A stretch of DNA of 61,702 bases from a virus. Taxonomy: Duplodnaviria > Caudoviricetes. This document shows, one piece after another, positions 9,445 through 19,230 of the stretch (the stretch's first letter is position 1; each line of letters starts with the position of its first letter). Location of the stretch: the IMG/VR virus record IMGVR_UViG_3300045919_000415, positions 1-61,702 of that record. One strand, written 5' to 3'. Below the pieces are notes generated by a model that was not told the origin of the DNA, did no database searches, and was given only the letters and a program-made list of their open reading frames with translations. A program made the translations under genes and the position numbers.

Positions 9445-10674
9445 CTACTGTGCCCACGACACCCAGTTTTTATCTTTTACTGACAAATTGTCACGGGTGT
9501 CGTCTACATTGACGGCCATGCGGAATGTGATCCCTTGGTCTGGGTGCGTCAACCACAAGGCCTGCCGCGGCGGTTCGAACCCGAAGTTGTTCGCCATGGC
9601 GTACTCGTTGTAGCCGCAAAGGGAGCCGTTCACCACCAAGCGCTCGAGCTGGATCAGCTGGTGCCAGTGGCCCAGCAACATGGTGTCGTATGACATCCCG
9701 ATCTGGCCATTGCGGCTGCGCTTCTTGTGGTCCCCGCGAATGATCGGTCCAAGTGCGCCAATGACCCCATCACCGCCACGGAATTGATCCCCGTGCGTGA
9801 GGAGGTAGCGATAGCCGAATATGGAGAATAGGGCGTCTGTTCCGTCCGGGATGAAGAACTGCACGCGCTTGTCCTTCTCGAACCGCTTCGCGAGAAACTG
9901 GTACAGAAGCCAGTCGAAGGATGTGTAGTTGCGGCCCTTGGCACGGATCTTGTGAGTGTCGCGGCCATGATTTCCAGTGACGCAAGGAAGGAATACCTGA
10001 CCAAACTTGTCGCGAAGCGTCTCGATAACCCAGACTAGAACCCCGTACAGGTCGAGAACACACGCCATGATTTCTTTTTCATTGGTTGCCACCAGCTCTT
10101 CGTGAATATCCCCGCTCACCATGTCACCACCCAGCACCACCACGATCCCGGGGTAGTTCGGGTTCTTCAGGTGCTCGAAGCACAACGCGATAGTTTTTTC
10201 CACCAAGGTCTGGTATCGGCGGTGGGCGATCGTGATGTTGTATTCGTTCACATGGTTGATCTGGGCCGGGTCGATGATCTCGCCGTGGTGCGTGTCCGAT
10301 ATGAACAGGCACGGCACACCGGGGGACTTGCTCGACTTCGGTGTCACCAGCCATTTTGGAATTGGCTTCTCTGCGCAGTCCAATTTCAGAATGGTTTTCT
10401 TGACGTACTCATCCGACAACGTGGACTCTTTCATCATCTTGAGCGACAACTCGAGCTCATGGATGCGGTCCTGTGCTTCCGCCGAAAACTCTTCCAAAGG
10501 CTTTTTCTCAACGATCCCAAGCCGTTCACTGTTGGATCGTGCTTGGGTGTAGCGGGCGGCCATGGTGTTGCGATTCACACCGATTGCCTTGGCGGCTTGC
10601 GATACCCCGCCACACTTTTTGACCAGCTCAAGGGTTTGGCGGAGTTGACTGTCTGATAACGGCTTTGTTGCCAC
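9445..10674 (-). CDS. Calcineurin-like metallophosphoesterase with N-terminal HTH/coiled coil
   Basis: SDTHHG, GGDMVSG, GNHGR, THGD, GHWH motifs; GTG 10674 with GGGAG RBS. Confidence 0.85.
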   Translation of the reverse strand: MATKPLSDSQLRQTLELVKKCGGVSQAAKAIGVNRNTMAARYTQARSNSERLGIVEKKPLEEFSAEAQDRIHELELSLKMMKESTLSDEYVKKTILKLDCAEKPIPKWLVTPKSSKSPGVPCLFISDTHHGEIIDPAQINHVNEYNITIAHRRYQTLVEKTIALCFEHLKNPNYPGIVVVLGGDMVSGDIHEELVATNEKEIMACVLDLYGVLVWVIETLRDKFGQVFLPCVTGNHGRDTHKIRAKGRNYTSFDWLLYQFLAKRFEKDKRVQFFIPDGTDALFSIFGYRYLLTHGDQFRGGDGVIGALGPIIRGDHKKRSRNGQIGMSYDTMLLGHWHQLIQLERLVVNGSLCGYNEYAMANNFGFEPPRQALWLTHPDQGITFRMAVNVDDTRDNLSVKDKNWVSWAQ

Positions 10675-11122
10675 GGAATCTCCCAATCATCAAGGGTAAG
10701 GCACTGTTGACATCCACCTGACACGCGGCCGCAACGGCCTGTTCCGCAGGGATGCCGCAGAGGTGGCAGGCGTAGGCCGCCGAGCCACCAGTGCCAATCG
10801 CTGAAGAGTCCCCCGGGATCGGGAGAAACAACCCTTCGGTGAGCTCGAGATAAGCGATCAGGTTTCTCGAGGTGAGAAGAACGACCTGAACCTCGGCCTT
10901 CTTGCCGAGGGACTTACCATCCTTTACAACTGATCCTTTGCGGATCCAGTCCAGCACCGCTAGGATGCTTGTGTAGTTTCCAGCGAAGCCAAGAATCGTT
11001 GGCCCGAATACTGGAAGGTCAAGGGAGAAAAGTTTTATGACGGGTTCAGCGAACGAGCCAGAAGTCATGCGGGTGTCAGCGACAATCACTTTGTCGCGGG
11101 AAGACACCAGCACGGTTGTCAC
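10628..11122 (-). CDS. Ntn-hydrolase (HslV/proteasome-beta-like) peptidase
   Basis: N-terminal MTT, ADTRMT, K, GFAG, AIGTGG, AV..A..VD.NS. Confidence 0.75.
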   Translation of the reverse strand: MTTVLVSSRDKVIVADTRMTSGSFAEPVIKLFSLDLPVFGPTILGFAGNYTSILAVLDWIRKGSVVKDGKSLGKKAEVQVVLLTSRNLIAYLELTEGLFLPIPGDSSAIGTGGSAAYACHLCGIPAEQAVAAACQVDVNSALPLMIGRFRGNKAVIRQSTPPNP

Positions 11123-11355
11123 GGCTTGTCCTGTTTCGAGTCCAGTTTGTCGAGGATCCGTTCGAGTGTCCGGTTGAGACTTTGAAAGCCGTCTCTGACG
11201 TCATCCTTGCGGGCGTATGTCACGGGCAGATCGTCCTTGAGCTTCGCAAGTTCCAGTTTCACTTCCTTGCTTGATTCCCAGAGAATTTTCAATATCCACC
11301 CCATCAAGACACCGACCACGCCTATCAAGGCATCTACATATCTGATGCTGTCCAT
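11119..11355 (-). CDS. Small membrane protein (one TM plus coiled coil; holin-like)
   Basis: Hydrophobic N-terminal helix, Y.RKDD...LERI.DKLD.K tail. Confidence 0.55.
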   Translation of the reverse strand: MDSIRYVDALIGVVGVLMGWILKILWESSKEVKLELAKLKDDLPVTYARKDDVRDGFQSLNRTLERILDKLDSKQDKP

Positions 11356-14156
11356 TAAGCTGACCTCTTTCCTCTGCGGCGACTGAGTGTCAGCCAGTTT
11401 GCGTGATTGCCTTGCGGCGCGACCCCGTTGGAAAAGAACCCGCTGGATGTGTCGCTATTCTCGGTAACTGAGCCCCCAAAGTCAATGCGAACAGAAATCG
11501 CTCCCGTAGCCAAATCCGCGATTTCCAGCACACTTCCTGAGAATGTAACAACTACTTGTGAAGACCCGCTTAACAGATCCGGGTCTTCCGTAGGTGAACC
11601 GCTGACTGTTAAGGCAGGAAAGCCCACCGTGAACGTCCCTGTGCTTGTATCAAGACTCTCTGATAGTGCCCCATTCACACTGGCGATTACCCCTAGAGAT
11701 CCGGTGCTCGTGTCCACCGCCTCTAGGACCGTACCACTCGTTGCGCTGAACGACTTGAGGTACGGCGGTAAGTTCCCAATACCACCCGGATACATCCCCA
11801 ACGCTGGAGAACCTGTCGAGAAATTCGATGTGACGGTAAAGCTGCCAATCGAAACACCATCGGCATACGCCGTGACTGTCGTTCCGACCTTTTCAAGCTT
11901 TAGTGCTATGTCTGACGCTGATGTGGTTGGAAGTGAGTAGCTGGTCGTGAGCTTTAGCGCGCCGTTTTCGTACAACGTTATTGGGCTATTGTCCCCATTG
12001 CAGGCAAGCTCATACCCTGATGAAGCGCTGCCAAAAGTGCTGCTGGAACAGTGTATTGCTACTACTAGTGTTTCGCCGCCCGCACCAAACGATGTAAAGG
12101 CTAGTGGGATAACTGCGGTCGCGGTCTGATCTGCACCGATGACGCCGGTATAAATGGCCTCATTAACTGAAGAGCCGCTTTGATTCGCAATGTAGCCTGA
12201 CGAATTGACTTTTATAGTCCCCGCATCAGCGCCAACCCAAAGCGGGTTGATTGTCGATAGTGCGGTGCCGCTGGCGTAGTTCGATGCGACTACCGATAGC
12301 AATTGCGCACTGCTGAAGGTAGAGAGAACCGCGAAGCTGCCAGAGGCCGTATCGTTCCCTTCTACTGCATTTCCTGATACGGTCAAAAGCCCACCGCTCA
12401 CCGTGACGCTTCCGCTCGAGGTGTCCAGATCTTCCGTCGCGGTTCCGCTCACCGTCACCAGAACCGCAACAGTTCCGGTACTGGTGTCGACTGTCTCGGT
12501 TGGCGTGCCTGTCAGGTTCACGATCGGACCAAATGTGCCCGTGCTCGTGTCCGCGGCCTCTGTTGCCGTACCGGACAGGCTCGGCAGCGTGACCGCTACG
12601 GCGCCTGTGCTCGTGTCCGCGGCCTCAGTGGGTGTACCGGTGAGGGTCACGAGCACAGCGAGGCTGCCAGAGGCCGTATCGTTGGCCTCAATGCCGTTCC
12701 CGCTCAGCGCGACCTCAACTGCAAACGACCCGGCACTAGTATCCGGGTCTTCTGTGGCCGTTCCGGAAATGGTCAGCCCGGCGGCAGTTACGGTGAAGCT
12801 GCCGGTACTCGTGTCTGCCGACTCTGTCGCCGTGCCACTGATCACCGGCAATGTGACGGTGACCGTGCCAGACGAGGTGTCGGCGCTTTCTGTCGGTGCG
12901 CCTGAGAACGACGGCAAGGTGACCGCGAAGCTGCCGGTGCTCGTGTCAGCGGTTTCGGTTGCCGTGCCGCTGATCGCGGGCAAGGTCACCGTCACGGTGC
13001 CGCTCGAGGTATCTGCGGACTCTGTGGCCGTACCGGACAGGCTCGGCAGCGTGACGGCTACCGTGCCGGTGCTGGTGTCGACTGCTTCTGTCGGTGTACC
13101 TGTCAGGCTGACGGCTACGGCAAATGAGCCTGTCGAGGTGTCGGCGGTTTCCGTCGCGGTGCCGCTTACCGCTATCCCTCCTGCGGTGGCCTGCGTATCG
13201 CGCAGAATGATGCGATCCGTCGCCGGGACTGACCACAAATAGAGTGCCGTGTTCGTGACGTACAGCAGCGCCGATGCAGAGGTTGTCGAGCCGTTGCTGT
13301 CAGTGACGACGCATCGATATTGCTTTCCGTTCTGATTGGCGTTCAGCGCCGCAGTCGTGTAGCTGGCGCTCGTTGCTCCAGTGCCGCCAGAGACGTTGGT
13401 GAACGAACCGGTACGATTGTCCTGCCACTGGTAACCGAGTCCAGTGCCGGTTGATGTTGCTGCAACTGTAAATGTCGCGGTACTCGCTGCTGCTGCAATT
13501 GCTCCGGTTGGCTGTTGCGTGATAACCGGTGGGATTACGCCATCTTTAATCGTGACGAGTACAGCGTTCCATTGGTCACTGGCAGTGAGTGTTCCCCACG
13601 CCGCAGACTGCGTTCCGGTCGCACTCGTGACAAGGTAATCCGCCTTAAACGGTGAATTCGTCGTCAGGTTGATGATCGACGTATAGCCAGTAGTTGCAGG
13701 CGATGTGCCGCCGTTGGCTGAGGTGTCATCCGCAAACGCGGCAATGACAAGCTGCACAGCGGTCGTCGTTGCTGCTGATGTTCCGGTTGCCGGAGAATTG
13801 CTGAATGTTGGCCCGGTTGCTAGCGTTACATCAACTGTGCCAAGCGGCGTGAATTCGGCAATCGCGACAGATGTTGCATTACCCGCCTGATTCGGCGCGA
13901 TTGTGATCGATGACGCGCCGCCTGTGTTTACTGAGCACTGGTAGACCGCAATGTTGTTGTGAAAATTAGTCTGCGTTCCGGTTGAGATACGCGTCCACGT
14001 ACCACCACCTGAGACCGTTGCGAATCCAGTGAGCGCACCGCCGCCGTCAAACTCGGCAACGATGGCAATCATCGAATTGCCGGCGGTGACAGTCTTGGAA
14101 ATTACATTATTGCCAGACGCTACCGATTGACTCGTGACCGAGCCGACGATATTCAT
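11355..14156 (-). CDS. Large S/T-rich virion protein with Ig-like domain, tandem repeats and inserted beta-sandwich domain
   Basis: PVITQQP...YQWQ...YRCVVT Ig motif; many SGTxTExxDTSxGxxxV repeats. Confidence 0.7.
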   Translation of the reverse strand: MNIVGSVTSQSVASGNNVISKTVTAGNSMIAIVAEFDGGGALTGFATVSGGGTWTRISTGTQTNFHNNIAVYQCSVNTGGASSITIAPNQAGNATSVAIAEFTPLGTVDVTLATGPTFSNSPATGTSAATTTAVQLVIAAFADDTSANGGTSPATTGYTSIINLTTNSPFKADYLVTSATGTQSAAWGTLTASDQWNAVLVTIKDGVIPPVITQQPTGAIAAAASTATFTVAATSTGTGLGYQWQDNRTGSFTNVSGGTGATSASYTTAALNANQNGKQYRCVVTDSNGSTTSASALLYVTNTALYLWSVPATDRIILRDTQATAGGIAVSGTATETADTSTGSFAVAVSLTGTPTEAVDTSTGTVAVTLPSLSGTATESADTSSGTVTVTLPAISGTATETADTSTGSFAVTLPSFSGAPTESADTSSGTVTVTLPVISGTATESADTSTGSFTVTAAGLTISGTATEDPDTSAGSFAVEVALSGNGIEANDTASGSLAVLVTLTGTPTEAADTSTGAVAVTLPSLSGTATEAADTSTGTFGPIVNLTGTPTETVDTSTGTVAVLVTVSGTATEDLDTSSGSVTVSGGLLTVSGNAVEGNDTASGSFAVLSTFSSAQLLSVVASNYASGTALSTINPLWVGADAGTIKVNSSGYIANQSGSSVNEAIYTGVIGADQTATAVIPLAFTSFGAGGETLVVAIHCSSSTFGSASSGYELACNGDNSPITLYENGALKLTTSYSLPTTSASDIALKLEKVGTTVTAYADGVSIGSFTVTSNFSTGSPALGMYPGGIGNLPPYLKSFSATSGTVLEAVDTSTGSLGVIASVNGALSESLDTSTGTFTVGFPALTVSGSPTEDPDLLSGSSQVVVTFSGSVLEIADLATGAISVRIDFGGSVTENSDTSSGFFSNGVAPQGNHANWLTLSRRRGKRSA

Positions 14157-14159
14157 GGA

Positions 14160-14540
14160 CTACACCTGCGTGGCGATTAGACCCTCAGCCGATGTACCGG
14201 CAATGTCAGGAGACCCCAGCTTATATGCGAGCGTGTGAAACGGCCCAGAGCCAGGATTCCAGAATTTCACGACACCCGAAGCATCGCTGATCTGTACATC
14301 GACATTGATGTCAACGCCATCGAGAATCAGATCAACCTCGACGCCAGCAACAAGCGTCGTTCCGTCCGATGCGTAACACGTCTGCTGCAACATGCAGTTC
14401 GTATTCGCACCAAGCGGGCGGCGCACGAGTGTGCCGATCTGCCCTTGCGGTTCATCGGGTGACGACACCATGCCGCGCCATTGCGTCTTGCCACCACCCA
14501 TGCAGGCGTACGGTCTGAAGTCGGTTGTTTTGCGCGACAT
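14160..14540 (-). CDS. Hypothetical virion protein
   Basis: 126 aa, SDASG motif, translationally coupled in structural operon. Confidence 0.55.
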   Translation of the reverse strand: MSRKTTDFRPYACMGGGKTQWRGMVSSPDEPQGQIGTLVRRPLGANTNCMLQQTCYASDGTTLVAGVEVDLILDGVDINVDVQISDASGVVKFWNPGSGPFHTLAYKLGSPDIAGTSAEGLIATQV

Positions 14541-14782
14541 TACGGTTCCGGGAAATAGACATCGTCCGCGTCAATCGACATGCTCCACACGCTGAGAACG
14601 TGGTTCGCAATGGTCGATGCAATCAGTTTTTTCGCTTGCTTTTCGTTGAGAGCGAAGGGAACGTCAACCGTGATATCCCCCTCTTGATGAATTACGCCAT
14701 CGGTCGCCGCTGCATGAAGAATCACCACATAGCCAGTCGACGACGTAGAGCATTGCGATGCGGTTGCGATGGCGTAGGTCAT
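14540..14782 (-). CDS. Hypothetical protein
   Basis: ATG 14782 overlaps the upstream stop. Confidence 0.5.
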   Translation of the reverse strand: MTYAIATASQCSTSSTGYVVILHAAATDGVIHQEGDITVDVPFALNEKQAKKLIASTIANHVLSVWSMSIDADDVYFPEP

Positions 14783-15351
14783 TAGATGCTCTCCCAGATT
14801 TGGTAGTTGTGCACCGTCAACGAACCCGTTGCCACGGTCTGCGTGAAGAACACATCGACCGCGTTTGCTGCCGTGTTGTCGAAGCCGCCACCAACTGCCG
14901 GAGCGGACACAGGGCAAAGCAACACGCCGTTGCCACCAGCAGCAGGAAGCGGTGCTGCGATAACGGCTTCCGACGTGAACCGGCCCATGCCGAACAGCGT
15001 CGTCGTTGTCGTCGTACCAACAGCGCGGCAGATCAACTCAACTTCCAACTCCCACGGCACCGTGGTCTTGGCGACGATGTTCAGATTCAGCGCACCAGTG
15101 TCGAATGCGACGATGGTGCCGCTTGGCCCAGTGCGGATGTCGAAACGTGCAGTGCCGGGAGTCGTGACAGCGCACGAGATGCGGCCTTGTAATTTGACTT
15201 TCCACGCCTTGCCGACCGTCCAGTAGTTGTTCGGCAGGATGAGGCGCGATGCCACCGGGATGCATGAGGCAGCGGCGGCGGAGGCCAGTGCCGGGCCATC
15301 GGTTGTGCCGATGACGAGCGGTACATACGAGGATGGATTGGGGTATGCCAT
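14782..15351 (-). CDS. Virion structural protein
   Basis: 189 aa beta-rich, AGGAG RBS. Confidence 0.6.
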   Translation of the reverse strand: MAYPNPSSYVPLVIGTTDGPALASAAAASCIPVASRLILPNNYWTVGKAWKVKLQGRISCAVTTPGTARFDIRTGPSGTIVAFDTGALNLNIVAKTTVPWELEVELICRAVGTTTTTTLFGMGRFTSEAVIAAPLPAAGGNGVLLCPVSAPAVGGGFDNTAANAVDVFFTQTVATGSLTVHNYQIWESI

Positions 15352-15366
15352 GTGTTGCTCCTGAAA

Positions 15367-15657
15367 TTAAACAGCCGCGCCAAGAACTTTTTTCTTCTTG
15401 ACCAAGTCTTTCTCGAGTTGAACTGCGAACCTGTATCCGATGGGATACGCCATCACCGCCGTGACAGGGTCTGGGACGCCTGTGAAGAAATCGTCCCAGT
15501 CCTGCCCGGTGTATTCGATCTCGATCTTGTTCATGTCCGTACCGTCGATGTTGACCATGTACTGGGCAGTCAAGGTGTGAGTCTCGAAGTTGATGCGGAT
15601 CGCCGTCAGCGTGTACAGCGTCTGCTTCACCACCGTCAACGAGTTGGCGATCGGCAT
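15367..15657 (-). CDS. Hypothetical protein
   Basis: ORF coupled to the upstream gene. Confidence 0.5.
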   Translation of the reverse strand: MPIANSLTVVKQTLYTLTAIRINFETHTLTAQYMVNIDGTDMNKIEIEYTGQDWDDFFTGVPDPVTAVMAYPIGYRFAVQLEKDLVKKKKVLGAAV

Positions 15658-15658
15658 C

Positions 15659-16054
15659 TTATGCACCCGTTGCCGTGATCACGAGCGACGATGCGCTCAC
15701 GACTTGCGACGACGCAATCGACGTATTGTTGATGGTCAGGTCGGTGCCAGAGGTGCCGATCGTACCCTGCACAACATCGGTGCCGCCCGAGGTCGCGATG
15801 CGGAAATAGCCGGCCGTGCCAGCTGCACCCGCCGTGCCACTGGTGATGGCCGAGGCTGTCAACGCACCAGCCGATGCGCTGCCAAAGCCAGCCGCGTTAC
15901 CCGTCAAGGTCACAAGCAGCGTGCCGGTGAAGGCGGTGGCCACGTTCGATGGGGGCGAGCCGGTGTAGATCTTGATGAGCGCTGACGTACCGATATCGGT
16001 ATTGAGCTGCGTCATCGAGTTGGTACGGTGGGTCGTGCTGTACTGGATCGCCAT
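15659..16054 (-). CDS. Conserved virion structural protein
   Basis: IKIYTGSPP...GTLLVTL...GTAGYFRI...QGTIG..G.DL pattern common in phage structural genes. Confidence 0.65.
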   Translation of the reverse strand: MAIQYSTTHRTNSMTQLNTDIGTSALIKIYTGSPPSNVATAFTGTLLVTLTGNAAGFGSASAGALTASAITSGTAGAAGTAGYFRIATSGGTDVVQGTIGTSGTDLTINNTSIASSQVVSASSLVITATGA

Positions 16055-16057
16055 GGC

Positions 16058-16588
16058 TTATGCTCCTGCGAGTTTGTTGGCTTGTGCCTTGATCGCATCG
16101 ATCGCAGCTTGGGCGGTGGTCAATTCTTTCTTGGCAACTTCCACGCGTTGCAGGTAGTCCTGCAGCTCACGCAACGCAGCGTCGCGTTCCGACGTGGCAA
16201 CATCACGCTCGACTTCAACAGCTGCCAGTGCGACATGTGATTCCGCGATCGCGTCGCTCTTGGCCGCCGATGCTTCGGCTTCTGCGTCGGCAATCAGCTT
16301 GGCAGCGGATGCGGTGGCGTCTGCCACCAGCGCGTCTGCCTTGGCGTTCGCCTTGTCTAGCGTGTCCTTGGCTGCACTCTTGGCTTCCGCCACGGCCACC
16401 TTGGCAGCGGCCAAGTTTGCGAGGATGCCGTCGGCTTCGACGCGCGCCTCAACCGCTGCGGCCTTGGCTTCTGTGGCCGCTTGCTCGAGTGAGCCTATCT
16501 CGGTGAACACGTCCACCAGCTTCACCAGCCCTTGAATGCGGGCCAGTTCCGCTTTCAGCGCATTGCTTGCGCTTTGATAATCTGCCAT
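16058..16588 (-). CDS. Ala-rich coiled-coil protein
   Basis: 176 aa heptad-like; AGGAG RBS. Confidence 0.6.
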   Translation of the reverse strand: MADYQSASNALKAELARIQGLVKLVDVFTEIGSLEQAATEAKAAAVEARVEADGILANLAAAKVAVAEAKSAAKDTLDKANAKADALVADATASAAKLIADAEAEASAAKSDAIAESHVALAAVEVERDVATSERDAALRELQDYLQRVEVAKKELTTAQAAIDAIKAQANKLAGA

Positions 16589-16600
16589 GTCACATGCTCC

Positions 16601-16966
16601 TTACAGGAATTGGTAGAGGCGGCGGCACACGACGGTCGCAGCGATGTTGGTCGTACCGTCACCAGCCGACACGCGTGGGCGGATGAGCAGCGGTGCTTCG
16701 CTCATCTGGCGCAGGCCAGCAGCGGTAAGCGATAGCGCCACACCGTTGGTGTCGTTGAGCGTGGCCCAGTCGGTGCCGTTGTTCGAGCCTTCGATCAGGA
16801 TCGTTCCGCCGGCGCCGAACGTGCCGGCCACTTGAATGCAACGGTCCGCCCAGTCGGGAAACTGGAAAATGTCGCCGACGTCGCCGTTGAGCAGGCCTGT
16901 CCACGTACCACGCTTGATGGTGCTTTGTGCATCCGGTTGGTCGACGACCGGGATTCGAGTTGCCAT
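16601..16966 (-). CDS. Conserved virion protein (beta-sandwich)
   Basis: QVAGTFGAG.T..IEGSNNG.DW..L...IRP motif. Confidence 0.6.
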   Translation of the reverse strand: MATRIPVVDQPDAQSTIKRGTWTGLLNGDVGDIFQFPDWADRCIQVAGTFGAGGTILIEGSNNGTDWATLNDTNGVALSLTAAGLRQMSEAPLLIRPRVSAGDGTTNIAATVVCRRLYQFL

Positions 16967-16969
16967 GAT

Positions 16970-19228
16970 TTATACCCCTTGCTGATTGCCGGTCTGGACG
17001 GCGGATTGAAGTGCTGCATTTGCTCCCGCCAGTTCGTGGCGTGAGCGTTCCTTGATCGCGGTCTCGGCCAACGACGCCTTGATCTGTTCGATCGAAATCT
17101 TCTCTTGCAATGACAACTTCAGGATCATCAATTCCCGCTCTGCTTGCAGCTCCTGAATCCTCATCTGCTGGTTCTGTTTGGCTATTTCCAGATCGCTCTG
17201 GGCCTTCGCCTGTGCCACCTGCACCGACGCGGCATCGCGCCCCGCCTCGCTCTTGGCGCGGATGAGGGCAGCTTGCATGCGCGGGTCTTGTTGCTGCGGT
17301 TGTGCCGCGGCCTTCTGCGCGTTCGCCTCGATCTCGTCAGCAGTCAGCATGATGTCGGCCGGGTCGATGTGCTGCGCCTTGAGCGAGTTCTTGAATAGCG
17401 TCCTCAGGTTCAGCATCGGCGCAAACACCGGGTTCGACGCGAGCGTCAGCATCTGCATGTACGCTTGATTCTGGATGTCGCGGATGAGCAGCGTCGACGA
17501 GCCACGGGCGTCCACGTTGAAGTCGCCCTTGATCGACGTGTCGTCGTTGTACATCATGTTGTAGTCGTAGTAGCGACGGATGTGTGGCTTCGTGATGAAG
17601 TCATCGAACTGCTTCACGAGGCGACGCAGCACCACGTTCGCGGAGTTCATCAGCATCTGCATGCCGCCCACCGTGTCAGGGGCGTTGCCCTGCTCGCCTT
17701 GCGCCAACTGCGGCACGCCGGTCTCGTCGTCGACGAACTTCATCGCCATGTCGATGATCGCGGCCAACTCCTGTTGATACGAGGTGACTTCCACCATCGT
17801 GAAGGCCTTGCGCACGTCGTCGACTTCGTCGCTTGCGTACCAGATCTTGCGCGGTGTGATGGTCCACACGTTGTCAGCCGGGGAAATCATTCCCTGTTTC
17901 AGGATGATCTGCGGCCCACTTGACACGCCGGCGTTGTCCATCAACTGGCGCCACGCCGCATTGATCACGCTCTGTTGCCACTTCATCAGACGCGGCACGC
18001 CCCAGCCCCACACCTGACCGCTGACCTTCTCCCACGGACAGATGTCGTACGGCAGATCGCCGTTTTCCTGCGGATTCAGGTACGCCTTGACCACGGTCGA
18101 GTTGATCATGATTACGCACGCCGAGATGCTCTCCAGCGAATCGTTGTCAAGCACAGGGTCACGCACGCCGGCGGTCTTCAAGTCCTGCGGCTTCATCTCG
18201 CCCCAGTATTCCCACACCTCGAAGAGCTTGTCTTCGATGTCCTTGTTCATCTGCTCGTCGGTTTCTTCCATGAGCGCGCTACGCTGCGGCCCTTCTTCAA
18301 GCACGGCGCGAAGCGCTGCCGCGCTGTAGCCCGGTTGCTTGGCCATGTCGCGAATCAGCTTGGTCGTCTTCTTGTCCATCTCGAAGATGCCTTCGCCGTC
18401 GTGCACGTTCTCACCGCACCCCGGGTCAGGGAAAATCTTGCGCGGGTCGACGCGGTACGAGGCCGGGACCAGCTCTTCCTTGATCTCGATCACGTGCACG
18501 GTCTGGCCGCTCGCATCCTTCTGAGGCGCCCACGCACGGCGCGTGCGGTTCTCGACCACCGGCCCCTTGACCACACCCGTGCCGAGCACCGCCATGTCGT
18601 GGATGACCTTGCGCAGCTCGCCGTTGTAATCCGTCTCGCTCAGCTGGTCGTCAATGACATCCTGCATCGCTTCTGCCGCCTCGTTGCACAGGCGATGAAT
18701 CTCGGCAGCCAATGCCTTTTTAGATATGGGCTGGCCTTGCGGACTTTGCATCGGCTGACCCGTGGTCGGGTGTTGCGCGGGTGACGCGTCCTGCGCCATC
18801 TTGGTAATGGACGGCATGGGCGTTGGCTTGATGCCCCAGTTGCGATCGTCCGTCGGGAGCAAGATGTCTGCTAGGCGCGCCTCTGCGCTGTTGGTCTTCT
18901 GGCGCGTGATGCCGATGCGCACGGTCGAGCGTTGCGGCAGGGCGCCTTGGTTCGTCACCGGGTAGCCTTGTTGCACCGAATCCATCATCTGGGACACACG
19001 CCCAGACGTGTTGTCGCGCGAGTGATATTGGTCGACGTCTTCCTTCCAAAACCGGTCGATGCCTAGCGTGCGGCGCGCACGAATCCAGTCATCGCGCTTC
19101 TTGGCCAATCCTGCACCAAAGTCCTGCAGCTTCTGCATGCGCGCGTCTTCCTTGGACGCCGGGTCGGCGTCCGCAGCGGCGTTCAAGTTCGGGTCGATTT
19201 CGTTCGTCGGGAAGTCGCTTATGGCCAT
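16970..19228 (-). CDS. Portal protein (P22-like)
   Basis: 752 aa after terminase; GTGVVKGP, DP..FPDP, G.GVP, Q-rich C-terminal barrel. Confidence 0.88.
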   Translation of the reverse strand: MAISDFPTNEIDPNLNAAADADPASKEDARMQKLQDFGAGLAKKRDDWIRARRTLGIDRFWKEDVDQYHSRDNTSGRVSQMMDSVQQGYPVTNQGALPQRSTVRIGITRQKTNSAEARLADILLPTDDRNWGIKPTPMPSITKMAQDASPAQHPTTGQPMQSPQGQPISKKALAAEIHRLCNEAAEAMQDVIDDQLSETDYNGELRKVIHDMAVLGTGVVKGPVVENRTRRAWAPQKDASGQTVHVIEIKEELVPASYRVDPRKIFPDPGCGENVHDGEGIFEMDKKTTKLIRDMAKQPGYSAAALRAVLEEGPQRSALMEETDEQMNKDIEDKLFEVWEYWGEMKPQDLKTAGVRDPVLDNDSLESISACVIMINSTVVKAYLNPQENGDLPYDICPWEKVSGQVWGWGVPRLMKWQQSVINAAWRQLMDNAGVSSGPQIILKQGMISPADNVWTITPRKIWYASDEVDDVRKAFTMVEVTSYQQELAAIIDMAMKFVDDETGVPQLAQGEQGNAPDTVGGMQMLMNSANVVLRRLVKQFDDFITKPHIRRYYDYNMMYNDDTSIKGDFNVDARGSSTLLIRDIQNQAYMQMLTLASNPVFAPMLNLRTLFKNSLKAQHIDPADIMLTADEIEANAQKAAAQPQQQDPRMQAALIRAKSEAGRDAASVQVAQAKAQSDLEIAKQNQQMRIQELQAERELMILKLSLQEKISIEQIKASLAETAIKERSRHELAGANAALQSAVQTGNQQGV

Positions 19229-19230
19229 GA

